This document shows positions 36,571 through 50,141 of a stretch of DNA of 64,000 bases, piece by piece. The stretch lies in assembly GCA_044892505.1 (NCBI GenBank), contig CM097882.1, positions 203,174,001 to 203,238,000 on the forward strand, given 5' to 3'. The notes beneath the pieces were generated by a model. It was given only the letters and a program-made list of their open reading frames with translations. It did no database searches and was not told the DNA's origin. The stretch is from Schmidtea nova. Its lineage: Eukaryota. Each line of letters starts with the position of its first letter. Within the stretch, counting starts at the first letter, position 1. The position numbers were made by a program, and so were the translations under genes.

Positions 36571-38639
36571 CCTAGACGTAAATTCTTCTAAATGGTAAAT
36601 ATATTTATTAGTTATAATCAAAGAAATCTACTTAGTGATTTTTTGTTATTTGTATAAGATCATCAAGTTGAGATTTTGGTAGCATCAATACAATTACAAT
36701 ATAATTGTTCGTTCGTCGATTTCATGAGATAACAAATGTATTTCTAAATTGTATGAGGAAAATAAAACTTTAAGATCAGATGACATATGGTAAGTCCCAT
36801 ACATGGTATCAATGCTGGACAAAATCTGAACAAGTTTGCATTAGACGTTACATAGAATATATTATTAAAATGTATTTAGACAAAAGTCATCAGTAAACCA
36901 AAACGTCAGGATATCTGTCGTGTTGTACGTCATGCTACCTAGCCAGGTATTTAGGAAGCTTGTTCAATTTAAAAATTATTAATTTAAAGCGTCGAATATT
37001 TCAAAGTCTTTCATTTGGTAAATGTTATTAAAAAATAAAAACATTTCATATAATAAAAGTATCAATATAAGATAACAATGAAAATGTTATAAATACAATA
37101 GCTGCTTGAATTATGTTTAATTAATTTCAGTTCTAATTTGTTTACAAGGAAACAACTTATTGGCAGACAATTATGAAGAAGTCACAATAACGTTTATATA
37201 GATAAATAATATTTTTAATATTTTTTATCAATAATGATATATAGTTATTTTTGAATCAGTAAAATAGTTTATCTTTTGCACCATTGATTTATTTTCATTT
37301 TTAATTTTCTTTACTTGCGTATTTTTTCAGATAAAATACATGTCAAATAAAAATCTGAAACTAATGGAAAAATTTTTTTTATTTGTTTATATCTTTAAAC
37401 ACATCGCAATATAAAACTTTATCACTTCATAATTGGTAAAGGTAAAACTTTATTTTTGAGATTAAATATTTTTTTATTATTAGGTTTTTAAAACATAATC
37501 AAGTAAATGTCATTGAAGATAATTTTAAAAATAAACAGATTGTTGACTTTATTTTAATTTCAGAAATTTCCATATAAAGATCAAAGTTTCTTTTAATAAT
37601 TACACGAATTTTCGGTTCAGTCGTTTATGTCTTTATATAAAAATGAAAATTTATGAAATAGAAATGGAAAGATCAAAGTTGAAAATAAAAAGTTAATAAG
37701 ACTTTATTTTTAAAATATGTCCTTAAAAATATTAATTATTGATCTTACGCTAGAAATAGTAAGAACTTTAAAATAAATAATATTTTGTCAAAGAGATAAG
37801 TAATAGAAAGTGTCCTCGTCAGATACAATACCATATTATATGACGTAATATGTAATGTAATACGTGTGGGTTATAATGACGTAACAATTGACCTTTTATG
37901 TAACAATTGTGTATAATCCTAATAATTATGTAATAATTGTCATTTGATCTTGTTATATCTATAGATTAATTAACAAAAATAAATAAGTAAATTACCCCAA
38001 TTCGAAAATAATAATATTAAATAAGTAAATTACTACAATTCGAAAAATCTATTTATCTACAAAACAATATTCAAACAATTTTTATAATTTATAATATTAA
38101 AACGAATTTTAATATTATTAATTCACATATAACTGAACTCTTATACAATCCTAAAACTACTATTTTATACGTATTTTGACTGCCCTCTATTATTATATTA
38201 CAACATAGCATTTTAATAACAATTTAATGAATATACGGATATCTTTTAATTTACCATGAATTTAATGTAATTTCGATGATGAATTATTTGATAATGTCGT
38301 AAAGCTATTCATAATATCAGGATTATTGAGAATTATTTAAATGTTGATGTTTTAATTATGAATTTCATGCGGTATGTTAACAGTGATTTGAAAAGAAACG
38401 ACATATTTGAATAACAATAATGTTCATAAGTGTATGATTATAAATTAAAGATTAAATATTTTTATGTTTTTTGGTAGTTAGGTACATCATATTTCGGCAC
38501 TGCCGTGACTTGACACAATTTATAGAATAAGTGCCGAATTCTCCTATACTAAAAAAATCAAAACGCAAAAAAATATTTTGATATATAATAAAACAATTAA
38601 GCAAATTATTGATATAAATAAAAAGAGATCAAACAATTA

Positions 38640-40330
38640 ATTGAACAATTTATTTAACGATCACCATAAATTACAACTTCTGTTAAGTACACGCCTGACA
38701 AATTTGCGCTATCTTCCGGATTCGGATTTGATTCTCTAGTTAAATAATATTTCCTTCACTTTGTCTCTTTCGAATTCCTCAAGATCTCTCTCTTTGTTAG
38801 TTTTCAGTAATTTTTAATACTTTCTGTTTTTAACTCTCAGTTCGTCGACCCGTCCTCTGCTTTACGCTGCTTTTTATACCTCTCGCCAATAACAATTAAG
38901 TTTTATCGATAACTAAAAGTTACTCAATCCCGGACTTAATTGATTTAACAACAAATTATTGTGATTGCTCTCGGGTGGCTTTTCTCTAATTGCCCTGCGC
39001 AATCTCCCGACTTTGATCTCTTAGGTTTCTCCTGCGCTCGGGCTTCCCATTGCCTCAGGCTTCCGATTATCTCGGACTTCCCATTGAACGATTAATTAAT
39101 TTTAATTAGTATGTTTTTAGTATATAACTTTCTTTGGGGACCCCTTACTAAATTTCTATTATTATTTTTGGATTCGTCTTTTGATTTGGCATTCAACCAT
39201 ACCCATTTCCCCCAATGAATATTAATTAAAAAAAATTTATAAATTTTAATTAATTTTTCCACTTCTATTTATTTTGATATTTCTTGTTACTTTTGTGATT
39301 TTTATACTAACCCAACAAATGGTTGTTTATCAATCGTGTATATTGAATTTAGTTTTTATTAAAAAATACTTTAAAATATATTCAACAAAATTTGAAATAA
39401 AACTTTTTAATTAATTTAAAAATAATCTATTTAAATTACTCTTAATGTACATTAAGTTCTTATCGAATTTATTAACAATTAGAACTGGTTGACAATGAGT
39501 AAATTAACTTGTTTTTCATTTAAAATGTTATAATAAAGTTAAAGTTTGTATTCTAACTGTTAAGATCAAAAAGATGGGGGTTACTGATCTCAACACAGCT
39601 GACTCCAATTGTAAATAAACTATATTTATAAATAATAATATGTGATATTATAATTTATGTTTAGTCGGTTGCTAGTTAATATAAATAAATGAACACAAGA
39701 CGATTACTTTTTCTAATGTTTAATGAAAATAAAATTTACAAAATCTGTTGTTGTATTGTACAAATTACCAAAAGATAAAATACAAGGAATGGATTCACTG
39801 ATCCCCGCTGTTTTTACAAGCCTGCAAGAAATAGTTGGCACCTGAGTAGCACAACTATCACAAAGAAAGAAAGAGGTCAAGCAAGAATTGATTTTGAGGC
39901 TACCCGAGTGGTGGTGAAACGGTAATTGTTTCCCTCTACTGCTTAAATTTAATACTATTATTTATTTATTTAAAACGGTTAATACTGTAAAAGTAATTAA
40001 CCGTCGCTTTAAGATTCCCTTTACTTTTCAATAAAACAAAATTACAATTCTCAGACGATTCTCGAATAATCGTTAATTCCACGTCCGCTGAATAATTTAT
40101 CTCTTGCTAGTGTCCCAACAAAACTTCTGGTAAAAATAATAATCCTCCTGGAACGTTCTTCTCCGTTTTTCGCTTTCAATTGTCGTCTAATTTTGTCTCA
40201 AACTTTTCTGTCTCAAGCTTTTCGATCGTTCAATGGTACTCCCAACTTTCGTCAAACAACTCAAATATTATCGTCCCAAGTGTTACCGTCCCTTAGCTTT
40301 GTTTTGCTAGGGTTTATATACTTACAACAA
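38640..40330 (-). repeat. One or two LTR-like interspersed repeat fragments
   Basis: LTR-like composition and motifs shared with 25330-26330; no TSD found. Confidence 0.3.
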
Positions 40331-41084
40331 ACTAATAATTCTATAGTTAGTATTTAAAAATTACTATTTTTAACTAATTCTTTATTAATAATTACCAAAA
40401 ATAGCTTGATTCTATTTTTAGTAATTGTTTTCTCTAATTTTATATTTATAGTAATTATTTATTATTTTAATCTATTTTAAGTAATTAAGTATTGCTATTA
40501 TTAAAACTTTTTCTTTTTATTCTTTAAGGCCAAGGGCTTGACCCTAACATAACTACTATTTTTGGTTCAAAACCAATACTTTATTAGCCAAGTTATTTGA
40601 AAATCAAGCATTAAAACTTTGAAAATCACACCTATAAATTTCAGAAATTACAAGTAATTATTTCATCTAACTTAAAAATTCAGTTGACAAAATTATTTAA
40701 AAGATTTTTTAATTGGTAAAGCACTGACTAAGTATTATTTATTAAATTTTGTACAATGATCAATAAATTATTATTTTAATTTTAGATCAATTTCAAACCT
40801 TTAAAAATTATATTCAATAGTTAATAATTAAAATTTTATTTGAGTTACAATTTAAAAGTCCGCATATTTCCAAATAAATGGTCAATATTTTTACTTTCAG
40901 TAAAATAAATATTTGTTTTTGTTAATAATTACATAAATTCATAAATATTATAATAGCATTCTCAAATGATTTTGGAACTCAATAATGTATCCAGTCTGAC
41001 AATACATCAATTTTTAATAAGCTTTTCTTAATTAGTATAAAATTTATTCTATAACTAACTATATTTTTTTAAGAAAACTAAAAG

Positions 41085-42600
41085 ATTTTGTCCCCTGTCG
41101 GGGGCAGATAGGACAAACTGGCCCCTGAGGGGCCAGTTTACCAAAATAAATAAAAAACTAATGAATTCAACATCTGATATCACGCCTAGATATCAGAACC
41201 ATCTCATGGAGTAGCCCATCTCATAGATGACAATGATTACATTCCAAAAACAAAATGGCTAACCAACAAAGAGAGGGTTAAAACCCATCCAAATCAAATC
41301 ACAGAATCCAAAAAATCTAAAAAAGGAATCAAATACCTATTCATCAAACTAAATGGTGAAAAATTTACTCAACAACAAATCACAAATGAATCATTTCAAA
41401 CCATCAGAAGGTTCTTTCTTACAACACTCAAGTACAACTTCAGATACCCAAAGGATAGAAATACAACATACGAAATAATGGATGTGTTCGTGCACCAAAC
41501 AAAATCAGGTAACAAATTCAACATGATAGATATATCTAAGAATATGCTAGCACATCAAGATTGGCTCTTCAATCTCAAAGGAAACCCTCGAAATCCTAAA
41601 CTCTCAAAAGAAGACACAAATCACCTGGAAACTATTCAGGAAATAATGAACCAATACCCATTTAAAAATCAGGAAGAGCAAACCAAAATTTTTCCAATAC
41701 TACACCCATAGAAACATCATTGGAATTGCAAAAACCTACAAATTCCATAAAACAATAACTCTACTTTTCATGAGAGACTCAAAAGTTCAAAAAAAAGAAA
41801 AAGACTCCGTGCACGTCTCTGAATCAGAACTCTCACCTGAAGAAATGAAAATCCAAGAATTTCCAAACAACCTAATTACCGAAATCTCCCACGATGCCAA
41901 TATGGTAGATAATAATTGTAGCTCAAATTTCAACATGATCACTGAAAATTCCAAAACTGATGATGTAACTGTAATACCCATAATCATAGATATCATATAA
42001 GAACAACACTATTCTGTAGGACAAATATGCAATAAACCTCTGCCTCATATAGACACTCCAATGATCACTCCATATGACACTGCAAACACAACTCGTCTTG
42101 ATTTTCCTAACTCTCAACTTGAAAATTTCATCTCACATGGCACAGAAATCATACAAGATTTCATAAGTAAGAACATCTACCAAGAGGACCTAGTAGAATT
42201 CACAAAACACCTTCAAAGTTTCATTCCTGAAGAAACAACCGAAATCCAATCAGTACAAGTAAATTCCCAAAAAAAACCAAGAAATCAAAGAAAAATCAAA
42301 ATCTCCGACATGGAACTTCCTTTGAAAAAAGTTTTCCATGACTGTTGATGTTTCCTGAAACATCTCAAATCCAACTTGATCATCCAAGAACTAATAACCA
42401 AGAACAAATCAAAAAGAAAATCAAAGAAACTAAAGAAGAAGAGATAACTGCGTAAAGACTCTTAAAAATACCGCACTTTGAATCGAAAAATACCTAGAGG
42501 TAGGGGATATCCCGGACTTACGGGGAGAACCTACCTCTGTCTTTGCATTCCTAGTCATGCCTCGCTCTTCTGTAATTAATAAATTATTGACTTCCCTTAA
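41085..42600 (+). mobile_element. Short A/C-rich element with hairpins at both ends, possibly an internally deleted non-LTR retrotransposon
   Basis: Stem AAACTGGCCCC/GGGGCCAGTTT near the 5' end, GAGGTAGG/CCTACCTC near the 3' end followed by AATAAA; broken ORFs between. Confidence 0.35.
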
Positions 42601-42663
42601 AATATTAATTTTAATCTAAAGTATCATAATTATCTTTTTTCACCTTTGATCTTTTTTAATATA

Positions 42664-42826
42664 ATTATCAATAATTATCATAATGACTATAGATCAAATT
42701 TTTTTTTATAAACAATAACACAATATTTCGGCACAATACACACTTGATAAAGGCTGTGCCGAAATATTGTGTTATTGTTTATAAAAAAAAATTTGATCTA
42801 TAGTCATTATGAGAATTATTGATAAT
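42664..42826. repeat. Long palindrome (about 72-bp arms, 19-nt spacer), fold-back MITE-like
   Basis: Arms 42664-42735 and 42755-42826; spacer plus right arm also at about 36421-36515 between (TA)n runs. Confidence 0.8.
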
Positions 42827-43560
42827 AATAATTTAATCTAAAGATTTAGATATTTTTACTAAAGTTTATTCAAAGATTCAAAAAATTAATTTAAGTCATG
42901 TTTTTTAAAATTGTATTCTAATGATATCTATTAATTCAAAATCTAACGAAATTAGTTTTTAATAGCAGTAGATAGTTATGAGGAGCATGACTCATCGAAA
43001 TTACGTCATAATTACGTAATTTTTCGTAACCCCCCCCCCGATTTTTTTTGATCGCGTAATCGATGACGTAATTTTAAATTCAAATTTTAAATTTAAATTT
43101 CCAAAGGTCAAATAAGGTCAAACCTTCAAACAAGGGTATCATTCGAAAGGCCTTGAAGAGGTCTATCCAATGTTCATACCCTCGAAGGTCTATGGAGGGT
43201 CCTTAACCTTCAAGGGGTCAAAAACCTTTAACCTTTTACAATACTTACAAGTTATATGTCAAACAAAAAGTAATTGAGAGGTAAGTATGATGGTCATACT
43301 TTCAAAGGTGTATGGAGGGTCCTGGACCTTGAAAGGGTCAAAAACCTTCAACCTTTTTTAATTCTTATAATATGTACATCAAACAAAAGGTAATTGAAGG
43401 GTGAGTATAATGGTACAGAGATAACTTGTGTGTGTGTGTGTGTTTAAGATAAATTACTGTACTCATTGAACGCGCGTGAAACGCGCGTTCTTCTTCCTTG
43501 TTGTATAAGACAAATCACAGTACGCATTGAACGCGCGTTCTTCTTCCCTTGTTGTTTAAG

Positions 43561-43646
<86 letters not shown>

Positions 43647-43881
43647 TTATAACCAAATAAAATAGTTCTGCCAAAAAGTTTACAACAAAATTAAAAAATC
43701 AATTTGAAAATAAAAATTATATTTCTAATATACATATCACAGAGTTTAAACCCAAATGGAATATCGAGTTCGTAAATTTCAGAAACTGGCTGTCAAGTTA
43801 TAATTATTTGATGTTCTGACGAGATTGTTAAAACTACAAATAATAATAATAATAATAATAAAAATAATAATAAAAATTTAC

Positions 43882-46800
43882 CTATTGCGGATGCAGAATT
43901 CTGTAATTGTAATTCTGAATGCTGGTACCCTGATCGTTTTCATCAAATGGGTTATTGTCCAGGAATCGATTATTTTCATCATCATCATCATCATATATAA
44001 AAGTATCCCCCACCCGATGATGCCCATGTGCCAAACTCTTGTTTTTGGAACACCAATACCGCTTATCATCCCTATTTGTCAGCGCCCTCTTATTGTTTCT
44101 AATGCTGTACAATTGATGGTTTTTGGAAGTAATGCGGAATTGTGGAACAGAGTAAACCTTATTGTTAAAGAAACAATCGCGATAAGAGTTATGGTTTAAG
44201 CCACTATCTTTTAATGTGACAGACTTAGCCTTGATAGTTTCTTTGTCACCTAACAAACTGTAACATTTGGGACGAAGAAACACCCACTCCTTATATTTCT
44301 GCCCTTTATTCTCATCTTTGAATTTTCCTATAACGGAATCCAGGGCTCTACTATATAGGGCATGTTATGGGTCATAGTTAGATGTGTCAAGCAAGGAGTC
44401 ACGAATCATGGCAGGTAAGAGAATGTCAAGACTACAATGTTTAATCTCCAAGAAGAAAGAGTCTGTATCACCTGCGACTATATTAATTTGACAGTTAAAC
44501 TCCTCGCGATATTTTTGCAAGTCGTTATACTGTAACTGATACATTCTCAGTTTAGACAGATCCAGTACTGATTGACCAATGTAGCTGGGTCTATCTAAAC
44601 ATACAGATTCTTTCCTAAACAAAACCGAAATCAAATCATTGTCTATCCTGGTAAATTTCCTAAATACCGATTTTGAGGTATATGTGATAAGTTTTTGCGC
44701 TGAATTGCACAGGCGTAAGTTCATACGTTTTTTCAAGTTCTCAACAGTTTTTCCATACAAACTGTTGTTGAGTAACTTGTAATAATCTCTATCGAGCGGA
44801 GTTGTGGAAGATGCTCGTAATTGGGTGTTTGTGTCTATATATTTTTTGAATACTGTGCTTTGTGTGTACCTAATAGCCCTATGTACCTTTGTGACAACAA
44901 CACCTAACTGAAGAAAGATTTGGAGAAGTCGCCAATGGAGAACGTAGTTTGTTTTCGGGTAATGTGTAAGTAGCAACTTCTCCACTTTAGAAAAAGGTGG
45001 ACACATCTTTTCAGGAGCTACCGGAAAATCATCAAGCTTATCCTGAATTGATGGTGGTATTTGTAAATCCACTTCGACTGTGTAACCATAATCAATCAGA
45101 CTTAAATCTACCGTTGTACATTCAATTAATAATCTCTCTAAAGTCGTATCGTCAGTCACCCACTCAAAATCACCATCGGGAAGTTTTTGACTCAAAGCCC
45201 ATCCATACAGGTTGTTTATGTCAATGTACAACAACTCTGTATTTTCATCACTACGAACAAAATGCTTATTCACAAAAGTTATCCCACCTCTAATCCCACC
45301 CTCAAAGAAATTGTACATCTCCATGTCGGTGAGAAGTACAATAGGTTTATCAAGACTTAACAAAGCAGAACTCCAAGAAAGACTGGGGATACCAAGAAAA
45401 TTAAGGGGTTCAAGTTTATTATGGGCAATACTCTTAGCCCGGAATTGCTGAAAAAAGTCAGCCAACAGGAAAACATCTAACTTGAGGTAGACCATCATAT
45501 AATCCAAAAGGGAATTACACGATGTCTCTTGCCATATCAATTTGGCCTTATCATACTCATCTTGGGACACATCACTCCATTTTGGGGGTAATTCTAATGT
45601 TGAGCTTAATACATCAAGGGATGTCGCTATATCATAAGGGAATATTCCTTTACTATTTATGATAGTGCCTCTAAACTCAGATTCCGTCAAGGGTAAAGAA
45701 TTCAAGTTTGACACAGCCTTTTTCAATGAAGAATTTACAAATTGGCAACTATCGATGAATTTAACTGTCAAAGAATCTATATAGGCGGTTAGGGTTAAAA
45801 CTTCTCACTTGTTAGCGGAATGCAACTTAAATTCCAGGACTTATAATTTGACAAACCGAATTTGATGATATGATGAAGATCATACCCTTTCAAATTATGA
45901 AAGACTACAGGTAGTGTGTGTCGTATTTGTCTGGATAAATTACATTTTCTACAAGCAGCACCAATGAATTTACCAGTGAAGTGATTATGGTCTCTAACAG
46001 GGGTATCTAATAATTTATTACACAAATGACAGTTTGTGCTGTTACTGTAATTAATAGCGTCATCGTCGGTAAAAATAATTTTCTTGTCAAAATTTTTATA
46101 GTAGTAGGGACTTACAATCTTTTTTGATATATGCTCAATTTGACGTAAAAACTGATCTACACAAGAAAGCCCTATAAAAGAATTATAAAATTTTTCTCCC
46201 GTATAATTGTTGAAACACAAAAGCCCAGCAGAAATGGGTAAGTGTTTTTGATAATATCTTTCATCTTTTGGGAGTATTGCCTCAAAATCGGCATAAATGA
46301 CAAAAGGAGGAGTGATGGTTTTTCTATAATCACTAAATTCCAATAAAGAGTTATCGGGTAGAGTATACATTGTGGTTCCTAATTGGTTTTTATCACAAAG
46401 ACCTATATGTCTATTAAAACTATCGTCACGTCTAAATCCATTAAGACACCTAGGACACCACTTACATTGAATACGAACTGAACTTATTGATGAGTTTCGA
46501 CAATTTAGAAATATATTTAGGTTAGATATAGCGACATAATGATAGGTTTTTCGATTCTCCAATAATAATAAATTTAAACAAGTACCTCCTACCACCTTAC
46601 TACGATAAATAATATCTATGAAGGGATGTTTCATTATAGTGTCATTATTACTTATATTAATCAAGGCATTCTCCTCGTAACTTAAGACATTAATGGCATA
46701 TCCTGGGTTTTGTCCTTTAAATTTGGAAATATTTGATAATTTCATTGGCATATCAGCCGGGTCATATACAAGTTGGGAAAGATTATAGGATGAAGACAGA

Positions 46801-47972
46801 TGACGTAATTCATCGGGAGTGCTGCTATATTTTATAAGGGCCAATATCGAATAAAGAAAACAAAATTGATCGTCGTTATTTACATTAACTAGACAATTTT
46901 TCCTGATTAACGTTCTGGGGGTTTGAATATATTTGCGACCACTCAGTCTACTTATCTCAGAGTATTTTGTGACTATAAAACTAATATATTCAATTTTTCT
47001 GATGGTCCAATTACTCCCCTTTTCATTTATTTTACTTATTTTCTCGTTTAAAAGAGAGATACCCTCGTCAATGAAAGATTCGCTCCAAACACGAGCAGAG
47101 TTTGAGATGACGAAAGATTGAAGTTCATCATCTTTCTCAAACTCTACTTTAATACAAAATTGTATTTTCACCGATTTCATTTTACTTACAGTTTCAAATA
47201 ATTTATCAAGGAGAACGTCAGGAACAGAAAGAGTTTGACAATTCAAAGACGACACATCAAGCTTCACTATAACATGGGAGTTATTCAAGTCTGAAACTAT
47301 ATCAACTACGCCACAGCCTACTTGAACCGAAAAACAATTAAGAATTTGGGGTACTACCTCGCTAAGAATCTCGTCATCACTAATATTTACAATCTCATCA
47401 TCATCATCACTAACATTTACAACCTCGTTATCTACAAGAACCTCGTTATCTACAAGAACGTCGTTATCTACAAGAACGTCGTTATCTACCAGAACCTCAT
47501 TATCTACAAGAACATCGTTATCTACAAGAACCTCGTTATCTACAAGAACCTCGTCGTCGTCGTCACTTATTGTTATGATTTCGTCTATTTTATTCTTTTT
47601 TGTGGGAATATCAGTTGAAAAATCTGATTGTCTTTTACTACCTATTACATTTATTAACTTATTGATTGACTCTATCAATTGTTGGTTTTGTAATAAAATC
47701 TCATTCATTGTAGTATTGTTATTATTGTTGTCAATTTGCCTATTGGTTTCATGATTGGTTTCAATGTTAGTTGTTGTTGTTGTTGTTGTTGATGTAGTCA
47801 AAGCTTTTGAGTAAGCTGTATTAAAAATGGTTTTTTTAGAAGGCATATATTGAGTTAAATGAATATGGTGTTTATCATAGAAGTCAGTATATGTCGATGT
47901 TTCAAGATTTTGGCATACGGGGCATAACAGGTAAGTTATACAATTATATTTATAACGATAGTATTTTTCCAT
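43882..47972 (-). pseudogene. polB: Protein-primed family B DNA polymerase with one frameshift (about 45795) and one in-frame stop (44365-44367)
   Basis: YADFE, HNLKGYD, KFIDS, YIDINNLYG, KLLNNSLYGK, AGDTDS, LRPKCY motifs across three consecutive ORFs. Confidence 0.92.
47420..47555 (-). repeat. 18-bp coding tandem repeat (DNEVLV/DNDVLV)n in the pPolB N-terminal region
   Basis: Seen in DNA and in the translated ORF. Confidence 0.9.
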
Positions 47973-48514
47973 AATGACGTCACAGTCGTTATGGCAAATA
48001 CTATTGCAAAAAGTCGGATATTTATAACCTACATAACAAATTTAAATTTAAAATATATATCATTAATATTTTTAAATAAAAAATCTACATAATAATGTCT
48101 TAATATTTTTTAAAATATTTATTTCATAATTGTTTTTTCATCATAAAAAATAAATCAATAATATTATAATAAATATATTAATAATAATCTAAGTTTAACA
48201 TATTACTTAATAGTTTATGAAGACAAAACTATTATGTAATAGGTTAAAATTAATAGATATTTTATAAAGTCTGACAGTTGCTAATCAAATTTTGACATAT
48301 TACATAATAGTTTAAGAAGATAAACCTATTACGAAATATGTTAAAATTTAAAGGTTATTTATTTATCATATGGTATGTTAAAGTTGTTATTAAAATAATT
48401 TTTATCTTAAGATTATAATTATTATTATTATACCATGAGTTATATTAAAATAATCTATCATTATCAAATTAATATACAATATGTTGTATTAAAATAGTTT
48501 ATCTTTATCAAATT

Positions 48515-48703
48515 NNNNNNNNNNNNNNNNNNNNNNNNNNNNNNNNNNNNNNNNNNNNNNNNNNNNNNNNNNNNNNNNNNNNNNNNNNNNNNNNNNNNNN
48601 NNNNNNNNNNNNNNNNNNNNNNNNNNNNNNNNNNNNNNNNNNNNNNNNNNNNNNNNNNNNNNNNNNNNNNNNNNNNNNNNNNNNNNNNNNNNNNNNNNNN
48701 NNN
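48515..48703. other. Assembly gap (189 N)
   Basis: Direct reading. Confidence 1.
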
Positions 48704-48821
48704 ATTATTAAAAACTAATATTATTATTGAATATATTCATAGTTAATTGAGAATACTATTTAATTAAGGGAAAATATTAATAGTAAAATATTATAAAAAC
48801 ATTATAAAACATTATAAAACA

Positions 48822-49367
48822 TTATAAAAATTTAAAAATCTTACATTTTGTTCTACCATTCATCACGGAATTTATCGATGCATTATTTAAAAAATGTCCA
48901 GTATTTGAATCCTTATTAAAATTCATCGCGGATACACTTGAATTGTTATTAAAATTAAAATTCGTCGCGGATTCATTTGGGGCATTAAAAAGTTCTATAA
49001 AACATTAAATAAAATAATAAATATACAAATAAAATTTTACCGTTTCTATAAAAAACATTATTGTTTTCGTTTCCCGATACATTTCCCGATAGGTTTGGGA
49101 TATTAAATTCCATCGCCGATACATTTTTGGCATTTATATGTTCTATAAAACATGAAATAAAATAATAAATATACAAATATAATTTTACCGTTTCTAAAAG
49201 AAACATTATTGTTATTGTTTCCGGATACATTTGTAACATTTCGCATATTAATTCTTGACATTCCTATAATAAATTACGTTTAAAAATAATAAAATAAAAA
49301 TAAATAAATCCTTACCATTCAATCCATTAATGTTGGTATTTTTAACATTATTGATATTGTTGTACAT
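48822..49367 (-). CDS. Four-exon Asn-rich Polinton gene (exons 49367-49316, 49263-49189, 49142-49041, 48994-48822), 133 aa
   Basis: Three GT..AG introns (52, 46, 46 nt), all phase 1, internal exons 75 and 102 nt keep frame; not in ORF track as such. Confidence 0.7.
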
Positions 49368-49691
49368 ATTTAATAATTGATTATATGATGAATAAGAAAT
49401 TTTGGGTTATGGTAAAAAGTGACTAAAATATTGAAAACATATCTTTATATAAGATATATTGCATAATATTAATTGAACCAATGAAAATCGTTTATGAGAA
49501 GAAAAGAGTCGCTCGCATACATACAACATGGATTTACCAGCTGTGTGTGTATTATCATACACATATGTTATACATACAAGCTAACTCATTATAATTTCCA
49601 TTAATACACACATGATTACTCATGCACGATGACCGCAGAGATTATGCATTTCAATTGCAAATTTTTTATTTCAAATTAATTAAGCATATTA

Positions 49692-50111
49692 TTAATTTTT
49701 TAAATAATCTAAAGCCCCCACCAAACACCCTTTATATGCACAATTTGTATGATCTCGATATGGGCATGAAATATTGTCAGGAAAAGTTTCAACTTCCTTA
49801 ATATTATACTTAATTAATCTTAGGGACGGAAAATATCTTTTTAAAACAGTAAGTTTATCTTGATCAGTCACATAGAAAATCGCATCAACATCTTCAATTT
49901 CTTTCAAAATACATGTTGGACAAAAGTGGTCTTCCCCTTCATACCATTCTAATCTGTCATGTTCACCAATTCCAGCCCAAAAAGGAACATCATTATATAT
50001 CCAATATCTTGGTCGAAAAATATTATTAACATTCATAATACATAATTCTTTAATAATAATCCCTCCGCAATTATTATTATAACCATAAATATCAATAAAA
50101 TAACAAGTCAT
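49692..50111 (-). CDS. Polinton accessory protein resembling a DnaQ/DEDD exonuclease fold with C-terminal Cys/His motif
   Basis: FIDIYGY..IIKELC, LEWYEG, CPYRDHTNCA; fold assignment from memory of the family. Confidence 0.45.
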   Translation of the reverse strand: MTCYFIDIYGYNNNCGGIIIKELCIMNVNNIFRPRYWIYNDVPFWAGIGEHDRLEWYEGEDHFCPTCILKEIEDVDAIFYVTDQDKLTVLKRYFPSLRLIKYNIKEVETFPDNISCPYRDHTNCAYKGCLVGALDYLKN

Positions 50112-50141
50112 TTTTCTAAAACATTTATTAAACTACATTGT

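Noticed and set aside
39641-40630. Solo LTR bounded by TGTGAT..ATCACA
   Set aside because: Flanks show no target-site duplication
41085-41145. HDV-like ribozyme
   Set aside because: Hairpins present but the nested double pseudoknot could not be assigned
43444-43674. Poly-Tyr ORF
   Set aside because: Translation of a (TAA)n microsatellite
45786-45797. GGTTAGGGTT telomere-like motif
   Set aside because: Under two units and part of pPolB coding sequence
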